Assembly: GCA_951406725.2 (NCBI GenBank)
Contig: OX597823.1
Span: 50,034,001-50,098,000 of the forward strand
DNA from: Octopus vulgaris
Lineage: Eukaryota
Direction of reading: 5' to 3'
DNA length: 64,000 nucleotides
Of the stretch, positions 37,621-52,808 are shown one piece after another; position 1 is the first letter of the stretch, and every line of letters starts with the position of its first letter. Made by a program: the position numbers and the translations under genes. The notes beneath the pieces are model-generated. The model saw nothing but the letters and a program-made list of their open reading frames with translations, was not told the DNA's origin and searched no databases.

Positions 37621-39940
37621 TCGCGGTATCTTCAAAAACGAAATCGCCATTATCATTACCATTCCCAAATTCAAACTTCCGTCTTCTCCAAATCAGAGAC
37701 TTCCGGTCAATCCATCTAAAGGCACCTGGTCCCCACCCCACCCCTATCATTCTTCCTGATCACCGATGTTCACAGCAAGTCTATATATTTTTTTTTCTCT
37801 CCCTATCTTCCACAACTTACATACATTTGCCGATTTTCACTCCTAGACTGATCATACATGTTTCTCTATCTATCTAACTATTTTATCTGATTTCTATCTA
37901 TTTTGTCTGATTTGTTCATTTCTCCTCTCGTTATATGATCGACCTTCGTGTATCGCGGTGCACCCGCCCTGCCCACCCCCACCACCACCACCGGATATCT
38001 CTATTTTTCTCATCTATACCGGATGTTGCTTCTCCCACCACCATTATAGGTGTCTTCTCTTCGAACCCCCCTCTTCAATACGCTATTTTACCATGCATTA
38101 CCCCTCTCTTGATATCCTACCTTCTACTTGCCTACAACCTGTCATCATTTCTCTGAACCACCCCTCCCCACTGGTGCTCCCCTATATTCCTGCACCCCCC
38201 CCCACATAAAAAAGCACCATCCGAACGTGGCCGATGCCAGACCCCTCTGGCACCTGTGCAGGTGGCACGTAAAAAGCACCCACTACACTCGCGGAGTGGT
38301 TGGCGTTAGGAAGGGCATCCAGCTGTAGAAACACTGCCAGACCAGACTGGAGCCTGGGGCAGTCCCTAGCTCCCCAGACCCCGGTCGAAACCGTCCAACC
38401 CGTGCTAGCGCGGAAAACGGACGTTAAACGATGATGATGATGATGATGATGATGATATCCAACTGGCTTCTTTCAGTTTCTGTCTACCAAATCCACTTAC
38501 AAGGCTTTAGCCGGCCTGAGGCTATGGTAGACAACACTTGACCAAAGTGCCATGCAGTGGAACTGAACCTGGAACCATGTGGCAGTGAAACAAGCTTCTT
38601 ACCACACAGCTTGGAGGGGTGAATGTTTACTAGTAAAGCTACCTACCAGCTACCATAATCCAACATGTGACTAATCACAGTACATCTGTCAGCCTACCGG
38701 ACTATAACAGAACACAGAAAACTGACTCATACCATATCTGATAAAAGATATCTGACCACAAAATATCCATATCACCCTATTGAAAATTATTTATACATGG
38801 TTCGTGGAACAACTTTTTATCATTTTCGCTATTATATTTGCAACAGTTGCTATTTCTGTTGTTGCTCTGAATATTGTGACTGTTTGTTGTTGTTGTTACA
38901 ATTGCTGCAGTTATATTCTGCTGGTTGCTGTGGTGATGGTGGTGGTGGTGGTGATGGTATTGATGGTGGTGGATGAGGTGATGGTTGCTGTCAGGAATAT
39001 TGAATTGGTACCCAAAAGGAAATGTATTATTAGCAATCCATAGTATCCTGGGCTCAAAACAGCTGGGAGATTGTTTATAATAAATTTTCAGAGCCAGTGA
39101 GTCATTCAGCATATACACTTAGCATAAGAGAAGGAACAACATTTAGAGGCACAAGTGCGGCCGTGTAGTAAAGAAGTTTGCTTCTTAGCCACATGGTTCT
39201 AGGTTCAGTCTCACTAAGTAGCAGCTTGGTCAAGTGTCTTCTAATAAAGCCTCAGTCTCACAACAGCCTTGTGAGTGGATTTGACAGATGGAAACTGAAA
39301 GAAGCCAGTTGTGTTTGTGTCTATACATATATCTATATATTATATATATATATGCATAAATATAGATATCTATGTGCATGCATTTTTGGTTGTCCCCCAT
39401 CACTGCTTCACAACTGGTGTTGGTGTATTTACATCCCCATAACTTAGTGGTTTGGCAAAAATGTCTGCTAGAACATATACCAGAATTTAAAGAAAAATAA
39501 ATATTGGGATCAATTTATTCAACTAAAAATCCTTCAATTTCGATTTTTATTGCCGCACAGCCCAAGCTTGGAAAGAAATGAAGCAAGCATGCTTTGTTCA
39601 ATGTATAGAGTCAGCCTGCGTGAGTGATGGGCTGCACTTGTGCTTAGAGAAAAACTGTGTATTACAGGTATCAGCTGTAGTGTGCAAGAAAGAAGACTAT
39701 GGACCATGTGGATGAGAGTGCAGGAAAAAGTGTGAAATGATACAAGAGAAAGAAAGAAGCCTGTGGAAGAAAAGGAGGAAAACCAAAGAAGCTGGTAGGA
39801 AGAAGTGGTGAATTTCAGTCTGGGGATGCTTAGCATCACAAAAGAAATGATGAAGCACCATGATAAGTGAGGAGATGCAATGCTGAATCATGCATACAAA
39901 CCCTTTGCCAGAACAGGAAAGTAGACACAAAAATGATGAG

Positions 39941-39971
<31 letters not shown>

Positions 39972-40356
39972 TGGTGTGATGATGACAATGATGGTGATGC
40001 TTATAATAGTAGTGATAATGATGGTGATGATGATGACAATGGTGGTGAAACTGAAGACGATATTGTTGGTTTATAAAATAAGAATGGACACAAACCAAAA
40101 ACAATTGTGAAATTGCTGAAAGCCAAAAGGCAATGAAATCAAGACCAACTCTTTAATACTCCCACAGTGCATATGAATTATTCAATAATTTACATCATAA
40201 TCTGGAGCCTTAGAACTCATTAAACATCATATCCTGGAACTGACATTCCATTTGACCAGATATAACTAACCTAATGCTATGTTAAAGCAATTGGATCATA
40301 TATTTTAACCCTTCTTTTATTGCCTTTCAGTCGACACATACATGCAATTGGAAAGA

Positions 40357-40394
<38 letters not shown>

Positions 40395-40431
40395 ACCGAT
40401 TGATTTTGTGATTGAACAAGGGGATTTAAAA

Positions 40432-41015
40432 GAACAGTGGTCTGATCAATAAGTATCCGGACTGTTGCCATAGTAACGAAGCTAAAGTACGTAGAGTGAA
40501 GCTGCTTGGCACAGATTGACCTTGAACTCTGCTGTGCATGTGCATTAAGTTTCAATGTTCTAGCTCACTTTTGCTGTTTACAGCAGTGCTTGGAAGGAAG
40601 GTATATGAAGCATGTGACTGTTGCATTGACCATGACACAGAATGTTGAGCAGAGAATCTACATCAAATTTTGCCACAAGCTTGGCGATACCTGCTCAGAG
40701 GCCTACGCAAAGTTTTCATCATTCTTGACACACTCAAGATCTCATGCAACTGAAACCTGAGTGTTATCTTGGTCAGCTGAAAGCGGTTTTGGCACAAACT
40801 TGGCAGACATGCATCTCATACACAAATCTTCAGTGATTATGGACTGAACTGAATAGTAACTAATCTGTACATCTGATGATAACTCACAGATGGTGATTTG
40901 ATGATTTTTTCCTTCAGAGCTGCGTGCACATCTGCAATGTCTTTCTCAGTTCTGCTGGTCGCAGTTCTCCCAGAATGTTTGTCAATATCAACATTTTTTC
41001 TGCCACCTTGGGAAC
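40432..41015. mobile_element. Rearranged mariner (DD34D-type) relic
   Basis: TIR-like GGTCTGATCAATAAGTATCCGGACT. The + strand encodes MTQNVEQRIYIKFCHKLGDTCSEAYAK. The - strand encodes GRKNVDIDKHSGRTATSRTE...MSAKFVPK. Confidence 0.8.
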
Positions 41016-41629
41016 TTCTGAACTTGCCTGTGCTAGTGCCACGTAAAATTCCCTCTGTCCACTCTACAGGGCAGTTGATGTTAGGAGAGTGTCCAGTCAT
41101 AAAAACCATGCCGAACAGACACAGCAACCTGGTGTAGTCTTCCTTCTATTTGGCTGGCTCCTGTCAAACTGTCCAACTTATGCCAGCATGGAAGACAGAC
41201 GTTAAATGATGATAATGATGATGACCGGCAAAATCAATTAAGCCAACACTTTGAAGTCACTGTCAACCTTTTCCTTGTTAAGATAAACTATAGAAAAAGA
41301 AAAAGAAAGAAAGAAAAAACACACACACATGTGTGTCTTTTATCTCTCTTTTGCTGGTTTCAGCCATTGGACTGTGGACACACTAGGGCACTATCTTGAA
41401 GGGATTAGTTGTATGAATCGACCCCAGTTGTAATTTCTTTTTTAAGCCAGGTATTTATTTTTGTCAGGGATCTTTTGCTGAAATGCTAAGTTACAGGAAT
41501 GTAAACAAACCATCTCCAGTCGTCAAGCAGTGGTGGGGAGCAAACACAAAGAGAAACACAAACACCCATGTGTGTGTGTGTGTGCATCATTAACATTTGA
41601 TGTCTGCTTTCCATGCTGGCATTGGTTTG

Positions 41630-41665
<36 letters not shown>

Positions 41666-42790
41666 AGCACTCCATCGGTTACGATGTCGAAGGTCCCAGC
41701 TGATACGATCAACGGAACAGCCTGCTTGTGAAATTAACGTGCAAGTGACTGAGCAATCCACAGACACGCGTACCCCTAATGTAGTTCTGAGGGAGATTCA
41801 GCGTGACACAGAGTGTGACAAGGCTGGCCCTTTGAAATATAAGTACAACTCATTTTCGCCAGCTGAGTGGACTGGAGCAACATGAAATAAAGTGTCTTGC
41901 TCAAGGAGACAACGCATCGCCGGGAATCGAACTCACAACCTTACAATCATGAGCCGAATGCCCTAACCACTAAGCCACGTGCCTTCTCATACACACACAC
42001 ACACACACATAATTATACACACGCATCCACACACCGACGCTGTTGCCACGTAAAAAGCACCCACGGCGTTAGGAAGGGCATGCAGCTGCAGAAATCTTGC
42101 CAAAACAGACAACTAAAGCCTGGTGCAATCTTCCAGCTTGACAGCTCCTATCAAACTGTCCAACCCATGCCAGCTTGGAAAATGGACATTAAATAATGAT
42201 GATGGTGGTGGTGGTGGTGTGTGTATGCATGTGTGTGTGTGTATGTGTATCTTGAACGGAAACCATTTACTATTTTGCTCAAAGAATACATTATACAATA
42301 TAGCAGGAGTTAGGCAACAATGTTAAAAAAAAATACATATGTCATAAAACAGCAAATTTGATGAGGAAACGTGAGAAGAGGAAGTAAGAAGACAGATAGA
42401 AAATGGGCAGGAAAGGTAAGAAGAAAAGAGAAGAATTAGGAAAAAAAATTAGGTAAAAACAGAAAGAAAGAATGGGAACATTATGTATATAAATATGCAT
42501 GTTATATATTTGTCTGCTGTGTGTGTATATAAATATTTATATGTAGATCCACATCCATATATATACTCACATATATATATGTGTTGTGTGTATAAATATT
42601 CATATGTTCGTACACATCCCCATATCAGTCAGACCATCAGATGCTGTTATACACTGCTGATCACAATGCACTTGCAATTTTGGTGTGATTGTGTCGCTTT
42701 TCCATCTTCACCCAAACTGTTTAACTAAATCGTCTTCTCATGCATGTATATATTCACAGATATGTGTATATAAATATTTATATGCACATC

Positions 42791-42852
<62 letters not shown>

Positions 42853-43205
42853 TATACACACACAGGTATATGTATTGTGTGTATAAATATTTATATGTGT
42901 ATATACATATATGTATATTCATAGATATGTGTGCATTGTGCAAGTATATAAATATTTATATGTACATTCTCATAACATAGAAATATGTGTGTATAAATAA
43001 TTATATGTACATACATATACATGCATACTACATATATATATATGTGTATGTGTGTGTGTGCATGAATATTTTTATGTACGTATACATATGTATACTTAGA
43101 TGTATGTGTGGGTGAGAGTTGTGTGTGTATAAATATTTATATGTACATACATGCATGCACACACACATAGTGAGAGAAAGGAGAGAAAGAGAAGAGGTGT
43201 GTGCA

Positions 43206-43241
<36 letters not shown>

Positions 43242-43355
43242 CATATATACACACACAATATCTGTTGAAAGTTTGCTGACTTTGCAGCATTGTTTAATTT
43301 TAATTTCTCGCTAATAATGTCTCATATCAAAGTCATATTATTCCATTCTACTAAC

Positions 43356-43402
<47 letters not shown>

Positions 43403-46137
43403 TCAGAGACAGATAGATAGATGGTTTGAGAGAGACATACAGGCAGAGAAGCAGTATATATCTCACACCCTAATTTTCAATGTTTATTTTTAAACAAATT
43501 CCCACATCGGCTATTATTAAATATTTCCTCCAGCCTTTATGCTGTATATGCAGTTTAATTTTTTTTCTCATTTTATTTTCATTAATAAATATAACTACAT
43601 ACTTTTTTTGAAATTTTTCTTTCATCCCATTTCCCACTTTTTACATCCATTTTCAGACGCCAATATGAGTAACATAGCTTCGCAACTTAAATAATTGGAT
43701 TTTTTATTATTCACTTTTATTTTTAGTCCATTTCATTTTATGGCTTTTAATCAAGTCAACTGAAATTGAGAGGGTCATAGTCTGGATATTTTTTTATCTT
43801 TTATTTGTTTCAGTCATTGGACTTTGGCCATGCTGGGGTACCGTCTTGAAGGGGTTTCATCCCACCAAAATTGACCTCAGTACTTGCTTTTTTTTTTTTT
43901 TTTAAGTTTGGTAATTATTTTATCAGTCTCTCTTGCTGAGTCATTAAGTCACAGAAATGTAAACAAACCAATACTAGTTGCTAAGTGGTGAGGGAAGGCA
44001 AACACAAACACATGCATGTGTGTGAGAGAAAAAGAAAGAGAGAGAAAAAAGAGAAAGATAGAGAGAGAGAGAAGGAGAGATAGTTTGTTTATGCTTGTCT
44101 CAATGACTGTTTTTAAGTCCATACTTCTCATAAATCAGTGATCTTTGACAATGTATCATAATCCAACAAAGAGTACCAGACTTAAAAAGAGAAAAAAAAA
44201 GTACTTGGATCAAAAGGATTAAGTTAAAATCCTTCAAGATGGTGCTCTGACATGGCCACATTCCAGTGACTGAAAGATGTAAAAGAGTATAAAGGTAAAT
44301 GAAATCCACTCTGGACTTCACCAGTTTCTTATAAACAGCAGCCATAACTACCTCAAGTTACATGTGCTCTTAGAACATGAAGGAAGGACACATTAGATGA
44401 TGTGTTTCTGGGAAAATGATGGAATAGTTTCAACTGGAATGGCTTTGATCAAAAGTCTTCTCGATCAGAGCTGACTTGTGGCCAAAATAGCCATAGCAAC
44501 TAACATCAAATAAGGTTGATTATTAGTCTTCTGGTAATTCTTTGATATAAGAATTTCTGATTGAATAAAACTGAGCCGATCCTGAAAGAGTCTCCACATA
44601 AATTGGCCTAAAAAAACACCAAGATTCACTAAATACAACCAACAACATCATCATCATTTAATTCCATTTTTCATGCTGGCATGGGTTAAACAGTTTGACA
44701 GGAGTTGATAAGGCCAAGAGCTGATAAGGCCAGGAGCAGCACCAGGTTCCACTGTCTGCAGTGGGATGCCCTTCCAAATACCAACCACTTTATGGAGTGT
44801 ACTGGGTGCTTGCTATGTGGAACCATCACCAGTGCTTTTTATGTGGCACCACCACCAGTGCTTTTTATGATGCATCATCACCAGCGCTTTATACATGACA
44901 CCAGGTATATAACATCGATTTTCTGGAACCTTTGCTTCCAAAGCCATTCCAGGTCACTGATTTTTCCAAACCAGGGGTGGTCACCTTTAACTTAAACAAT
45001 ACTAACTTTATTTAAATAATTAAATGAAATGTAAGTATTTGTACATTAGTATAGTGTACTGTGCAAGGTACTGTGAAACAGGGCCACTCAGTAAACTGGT
45101 CTGGCAGTCATGGGATTTTGAAATTCCTGCTCTTAAATCAGAGCAGATTATAAGAGGTTCTAGACTATCAGCACCTGGAAAGTTGGTGTTGTATCTATAC
45201 TATATTTTTATTTTGTACTGTTTATATATCATGTATTTTGTGAACAAGAGCACAATTCTGTTACAGGTTTGCAATGCACCAACCATTGGTTTATTGCATT
45301 TTTGATGGCAAAACCAACAAAGGAGTGTCTGTGCAGCTTTGACAATAAATACTATGAAGCGTTATTTCAACTATCAGTTTCTTTATAATTTTCTTGTCAA
45401 TGTGCCCCACCCATCCCAGGATATTTCTTTAGTTATGTGCACTGCATCACAACATCACTAGTGCCAGTAGCATGAAAAATAAAGCCCTCAGTCCATCCTA
45501 TGAAGTGGCTGCCATTAGGAAAGGAATCCAACTGTAGAAACTATGCTAAAACATACACTAGAGCATGAGGCAGTCCTTAGATCCATCAGATCCTGTCAAA
45601 CCATCTAGCATGGGCCATGGCTGTTAAATGAAGATGATGATGATACACATATACACAATCATATTTACATACATAATTATACACATCCATCCATCCATCC
45701 CTGAATAAACTGCTTTGAAATCCCCAGCTTTTATATCTGGATTACATATTTACATTTGTACCAATAATAATTGGTGCACTTGGTTTTGTAAGTAAATACA
45801 TAACTGTCAGTCTGGATAAGGTAATATTTTCAGAATAAGAAATCAACCAACTGACTCACACATTACAAATACAATCTGTAAGTAGAACAGTAAAACTATG
45901 CAAGACTCTCCTTAGGTTTAAAATGTAACATTGTTTTCTTAACCTACATTCCAAAGATGGAATTTTATATCTTTGTTAGAAACCAGTACCTTCTTCAGAG
46001 AAAGAAATTTTGATAATTAAATACAGAAGTAAAAAAAAATACATGTATTTATGTATATAAATGACAAAAATTACTATAATATTTATCAATAATGGTGCTG
46101 AAGAGAGGTGAAAGAGCAGTAAATATTAATAACTTAC

Positions 46138-46449
46138 CTTTTATGGTTCGGCCATATTCTTTATTGGCTTCCTGATCTTCCTCATTAAGAAGAAGCTCTT
46201 TGCTTTTGTTTTCCAAAATTTTGCGCTTTTCTCTACTGAGGACTTTTGGGAATGCAAAAAATGGAAGGGACATCAGGATTAGAACTACTCCACAGATGAT
46301 GAAGCCACCCCACCAGGCCCCAATCCAACGAGGATCTGAAGGGGTCAGAGAAACATTGTAGGAAAACAAATCAACATAAAACTGCAAGAGTAGAGCTCCA
46401 AGGGCATAACCAACAACTGGACCCAATGCAGCGGTCGCATAGATGAATG
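46138..46449 (-). CDS. SLCO5A1: OATP/SLCO transporter exon with OATP signature (SLCO5A1/Oatp30B-like); most 5' exon visible
   Basis: AG acceptor and G|gtaagt donor, 312 nt, phase 1-1. Translates AFIYATAALGPVVGYALG...DPRWIGAWWGGF...KEYGRTIK and contains the OATP signature D-x-RW-I-GAWW-x-G-F. The subfamily symbol is tentative (5A1/3A1-like). Confidence 0.93.
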
Positions 46450-46656
46450 CTAAAAAAACAGAAAAGAGAGAAAATGTGAAAAATAAATATATTTCAAACA
46501 TACATACATAGCACATAAATATTAATCAATAATTGCTGGAATGATTACAGCATTATGCAAGACTGATTATACTAAATAATGATGAAATGCATATAACTGA
46601 TGTATTAAAATAATTTGCTAACTTCGTTCTTCAGTACTTGCAAAATTTGATCTTAC

Positions 46657-46712
<56 letters not shown>

Positions 46713-47142
46713 CTTCTTGTGACACAAACCCTACTTGTGAAGACCTGTTGAGGCAAGTGAAAATGAAAATGAAAATCGAAATCGATCAACATCAATGGAA
46801 ATTGTAGCTGAGATACCAATGCCGATGGCACGTAAAATGCACCATCCGATTGTGGCCATTGTAAAATGCACCATCCGATTGTGGCCATTGCCAGCCTCGT
46901 CTGGCCCCGTGCTGGTGGCATGTAAAAAGCACCATCCGATCGTGGTCGTTTGCCAGCCTCGTCTGGCACCTGTGCAGGTGGCATGTAAAAAGCACCCACT
47001 ACATTCACGGAGTGGTTGGTGTTAGTAAGGGCATCAAGCTGTAGAAACACCACCAGATCAGACAGGGCCTGGCGCAGCCTTCTGGCTTCCCAGACCCCAG
47101 TTGAACCGTCCAACCCATGCTAGCATGGAAAACAGACGTTAA

Positions 47143-47174
<32 letters not shown>

Positions 47175-47717
47175 ATAGGACTGCAACTTTATGTTGGCAG
47201 ATAGATTTTACTCTGTAGTACTGTTACTACTTACTTCTTGTACAGAGATTTAAAATTGTTTTAAATCTTTGACAAATTCAATGGGTAAACATGTCAGGGA
47301 TGTTCCCTTGTGTGGAGATTCATTTATCCATCATTAAGAACTTTATGACGTCATATTTCTTGTATTATTTCCATTCAAACATATTATTATATTCATTATA
47401 AAGTCCATTGTGATGGTATTTGAAGTTAAAAATTAATTGTTGCATTAAATGTTTGTTTTCGTATAATTAGCATTTTTATTAGACCTACCTAATAATTTAA
47501 GATGGTAAAAATGAAGCCTATTAACAAAAATGACTATTTCTTCTTTACGTATGGGTGAATCAGATTCATTTTGGTACAGTACAATACAGATAGGTGTTAT
47601 CATCATGCAGTGGAAGAATATCTGGATTTGAACAAATACTTTGTTGTTGCGAAAAAACTGAGCTGCCTAATAATTTGATATGCGGTGTATATATATATAT
47701 ATATATATATATACTAT

Positions 47718-47759
<42 letters not shown>

Positions 47760-47938
47760 ATAATAAATATTAGGGAATAAATCCAAATTTACAGGGGAAA
47801 AAATCAGATTTAGGATTAAATCCAATTTTATAGTAAAATATTATATAATATTAATTAGAGACAAAACCACTATTTTGCAAAACAAACAAGGAAAGACTTA
47901 ATCAATACATAAAATTTTAATAAAAAGTAAAAAAACCG

Positions 47939-47981
47939 CCACTACAATTGTTTCATGTCCTGATCGACAATCTTCAGGTGG
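47939..47981 (-). ncRNA. Minimal type I hammerhead ribozyme (Penelope-like element type)
   Basis: CCAC-CTGAAGA-T-TGTC-GATCAG-GACA-T-GAAA-CAATTG-TA-GTGG: stem I CCAC/GTGG, intact CUGANGA and GAAA, palindromic stem III, GUA cleavage triplet. Stem II closes with U-U instead of the usual R-Y pair. Confidence 0.75.
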
Positions 47982-48039
47982 ATTTCCAATTTTCAAGTCA
48001 GTCCTTGTTTGTTTTGCAAAATAGTGGTTTTGTCTCTAA

Positions 48040-48361
<322 letters not shown>

Positions 48362-49106
48362 GGGCAGTGGACTCGCAGTCGTAGGATCACACTTTTGATT
48401 CCCAGACCGGTGTTGTGAGTGTTTATTGAGCGAAAACACCTAAAGCTATTCTTTTTATCTTTATTTGTTTCAGTCATTTGATTGCTGCCATGCTGGAGCA
48501 CTGCCTTTAGTTGAACAAATCGACCCCAGGACTTAATCTTTGCAAGCCTAGTACTTATTCTATCAGTCTGTCTTGCTGAACTGCTAAGTTATGGTGATGT
48601 AAACACACCAGCATCGATTATCAAGTGATGCTGAGGGACAAATATAGACGCACAGAAATATATATATATATATATACGATGAGCTTCTTTCAGTTTCTGT
48701 CTACCAAATCCACTCACAAGCCTTTGGTCAGCCTGAAGCTATAGTAGAAGACACTTGCCCAAGATGCCACAGTGGACTGAACTCGCAGCCATGTGGTTGG
48801 TAAGCAGGCTACTTACCACACACCCACTTTCTCTGCGATATATATGTTCTTTCTCTGCCAGTAGAAAATATATGCTTCAACTCCTATCTGACAGCTAGAA
48901 TAATACCTGATTTATAAAAGTATTAGGATTAATATTATTTATATACATAAGCTTTGATATTATTCATATTGTATGACAGACTCCTAGCTCCATACATCAC
49001 ATCAAGAGATGTTGTTATGTTTGACATTAAAAGCAATTTAATTCTAGCCATACCAAGTTACAAACCAAATTGAAAAAAAATTATATTTTTAAATCTTTAC
49101 ATATAT

Positions 49107-49164
<58 letters not shown>

Positions 49165-49460
49165 AGGCACATGGCTTAGTGGTTAGGGTGTCAGCATCAG
49201 GATTGTAAGATTGTGGTTTTGATTCCTGGACCGGACGACGCGTTGTGTTCTTGAGCAAAACACTTCATTTCACGTTGCTCCAGTCTACTCAACTGGCTAA
49301 AATTAGTAATCCTGCGATGGACTGGCCTCCCGTCCAGCTGGGGAACACATACACCATAGAAACCAGGAAACAAGGCCCATGAGCCTGGCTAGGCTTTAAA
49401 AGGGTGCATTATTTATATATATATATAAAATATTTATTTATTTATTTACGTAACTTAGAG

Positions 49461-49726
49461 CAACAGTACCCAATCTTTCTTTGTACCATGAACCAGTTTC
49501 ATGCAAGACAATTTTTCCATGGTCCAGGGGATCACATGCATAACAAAACACAATAAAGTGCATAATATATATTTCAATTTTTACATATATAATTCAAAAA
49601 TATTCTACACACTGCAAAAGTCAATAAAATCGAAATAAATTTTAAAATTTATTCTTTCTGTACAGCACAGGACCAAATAATCCACAGTCCAGTACTGGTC
49701 TGTGGCCTAGTTTTTAGGGTCTCCTG
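49461..49726. mobile_element. hAT (Charlie/MER1-like) MITE
   Basis: Perfect 8-bp TSD acttagag (49453-49460 and 49727-49734); degenerate CA...CCTG termini. Confidence 0.75.
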
Positions 49727-50689
49727 ACTTAGAGGACTGCTTGTGGTCCTTTTCAGGGCCTCCAAAGACTGGTGGAAGGGCATGTAAATGTTATCCATAG
49801 ATCAGACACCTGGCCTAAATGCTTGCAGCAGAGTATTATTTCATTGTGTTACAGAAGAAAATGCTTCCCTTTCGATTGTGAACAAAAGTAGCAATCTATT
49901 TCACACATCCAAAAGGCATAGGCATGGTTCTGTAGTTCATGAGCTTGCTTTGCAACCCTGTGATTTTGGGTTCAGTCTCACTACCCAGCATTTTGATCAA
50001 GTGTCTTCTACTATATTGACTCCAAAAGGATGAAAGGCATAGTTGACCTTGGCGGAATTTGAACTCAGAATTTAACGGCAGACGAAATACGGCTACACAT
50101 TTCGCCCGGCGTGCTAACGATTTTGCCAGTTCACCGCCTTCTGTATTGTTTTGTGTTGCTCCTCGTATCTTTGAAGTGGTCTTTTCCCTGAAGTGAGCAT
50201 GCTGAATAAGATTTGGCATGGAACATATATATATATATATATATATAAACACACAATGTACTGAGAAATATCAACACACTTGACAAATCATCAGAATTAC
50301 TTTTATTGGTGTTTCTTTCAAAAAGCCTTTCCAAAATACCCTAGTGCAGGGGTCCTCAACCACTAGGCCATGAATCCTAGCATGTCCACAAAAGCCAGTA
50401 GAGTAACAATACAAAAGACAGAGTAACAAGACAGTACATTTATAGGGCAAAGTATTTTGGTAAAGCGTGATTTCAAGTCAATCGGTATGTTAGTGATTTT
50501 TATAGGCTGAAGGAACAGTTTCAGATCATTATCATCAAACATCCATTTTCCACGCTGGCATGGGTTAGACAGTTTTACTGGAGCTGGCAAAGCCAGGAGC
50601 TGCACCAGGATCCATTGTCTGGTTTAGCAAGGTTTCTACAGCTGGATAGCCTTCCTAATTCCAACCACTTTATGAAGTGTACTGAGTGC

Positions 50690-52045
50690 TTTTTATCTAA
50701 AACCATCACAACTGCTTTTCAATGTGACACCCTCAACAGTGACTTTTTTTTTACAGCGCTTTTCAACATGGCACCGGTGCTTTTTAATGTGACACCAATA
50801 CCAGTGCTTTTTACATGGCAACATTAACATTGCACCATCTGCAGTGCATTCTACACAGCACTACCACCAGTGCTTTTTATGTGGCACAATCACTAGTGTT
50901 TTTTTATGTGGCATCATTAACAGTGCTTTTTAGGTAATACCATCACATGGTTTTTTTAGGTGGTACTATCATCAGTGCTTTTTAGGTGACACCATCACAA
51001 GTGCATTTTACCAGTGTTTTTTATGTTGTACTATCATCAGTGCATTTTGTGTAGCACCATCACCAGTGCTTTTTATGTGGCACCAGCACTTTTTACATGG
51101 CATCATTGCCAGTGCTTTTTACATGGCACCATCACCAGTGCTTTTTATGTGGCACTTTCACCAATGATTTTTACATGGCACCATCACCAGTGCTTTTTAT
51201 GTGGCACTTTCACCAGTGATTTTTACGTGGGACCATCACCAGTGCTTTTTATGTAGCACTTTCACCAAGTGATTTTTATGTGGCACCATCACCAGTGATT
51301 TTTACATAGAACCATCACCAGTGATTTTTACGTGGCACCATCACCAGTGATTTTTATGTGACATCAGCACCAGTGCTTTTTATGTGACACCAGCACCAGT
51401 GCTTTTTACATGGCACACCAGTGCTTTTTATGTGGCACTTAGCAATGATTTTTAGTGGCACCATCACCAGTGCTTTTTATGAACCATCACCAGTGATTTT
51501 CACCCACCATCACCAGTGTTTTTATGTGATACCATCACAAGTGCTTTTTACATGGCACCATCACCAGTGCTTTTTATGTGGCACTTTCACCAATGATTTT
51601 TACGTGGCACCATCACCAGTGATTTTTACATAGAACCATCACCAGTGATTTTTACGTGGCACCATCACCAGTGATTTTTACATAGAACCATCACCAGTGA
51701 TTTTCACGTGGCACCATCACCAGTGATTTTCACGTGGCACCATCACCAGTGATTTTTACGTGGCACCATCACCAGTGATTATTACGTGGCACCATCACCA
51801 ATGATTTTATGTGACATCAGCACCAGTGCTTTTTATGTGGCACCAGCACCAGAGCTTGTTACGCGGCATTATTGCCAGTGCTTTTTATGTGGCACCATCA
51901 CCAATGCTTTTTATGTGGCACCATCACCAGTGATTTTTACGTGACACCATCACCAGTGATTTTTAAACAGTACCATCACCATTGCTTTTTACATGACACC
52001 ATCACCAGTGTCTTTTAACAACACCATCACCAGTGATCTTTACCC
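50690..52045. repeat. ~23-bp minisatellite (GTG(C/A)TTTTTA(C/T)GTGGCACCATCACCA) expanded inside a retroposon
   Basis: Roughly 55-60 diverged tandem units directly continuing the (GAT)n-tail element that starts at ~50525. Confidence 0.92.
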
Positions 52046-52770
52046 TTGCTCCAGCACCAACAGGGTCACCAGCTAGAAAAACAAAATCATAACATGACTA
52101 CTGAATGTTAAACAACTTAGTGAAAAAAAAACTGTCCTCAGTTCCCAGCGTTATGCTTCATCTTCTTTGATCTCCATCTATTTTTCAACAGACAACCAGA
52201 GTATTCATATGCTGATCAATATATATATCACCCTACTTTTGTATTTCTTCACAGACAACTACCATTACTAACCTGCAGATACAACAGAAATGTTAGCGGG
52301 GGAGGGGGTAGAATGGGCGGGAGGGAGGGAGGGAGGTGTAGATTCAAAATAATAAAAATGCACAAGTCATCAAATGTTATTTAAAGCAGAAAACAATTTT
52401 GAGACTTTTGAAAGAAAATGTTATTGATTTATGTAAAACAGTTAATAAATATTGTGTAATAAGCTAGGTTTGAACATTCAATGCATCTCAACACTTCCCT
52501 CCCTTTCTTTCTTTCTCTCTCTCAACTAATCCCTACAACTCTTTTACCCAGTCTTTCACAAAAACTATTTTTATCTCTTATTTTCTATGTCAATGCTGTC
52601 TTTCTTTTACTCCTACTTTTTCTCTCAACATCATAAATAATCATATATATATATATATGTATTACATACAAACACAAAGATATATTTATATATACTTACA
52701 TATATACAGTTATAATTCACCTTTATGAAACGCTGAAACATTTGTATGTAATCTTTTTAATAAATTACAT

Positions 52771-52808
<38 letters not shown>

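Noticed and set aside
50690-52045. Regular array resembling CRISPR
   Set aside because: The units are contiguous with no unique spacers, the context is eukaryotic, and there are no cas genes.
52298-52336. G-quadruplex-like G-run cluster
   Set aside because: A simple purine repeat with no associated feature; common in this genome type.
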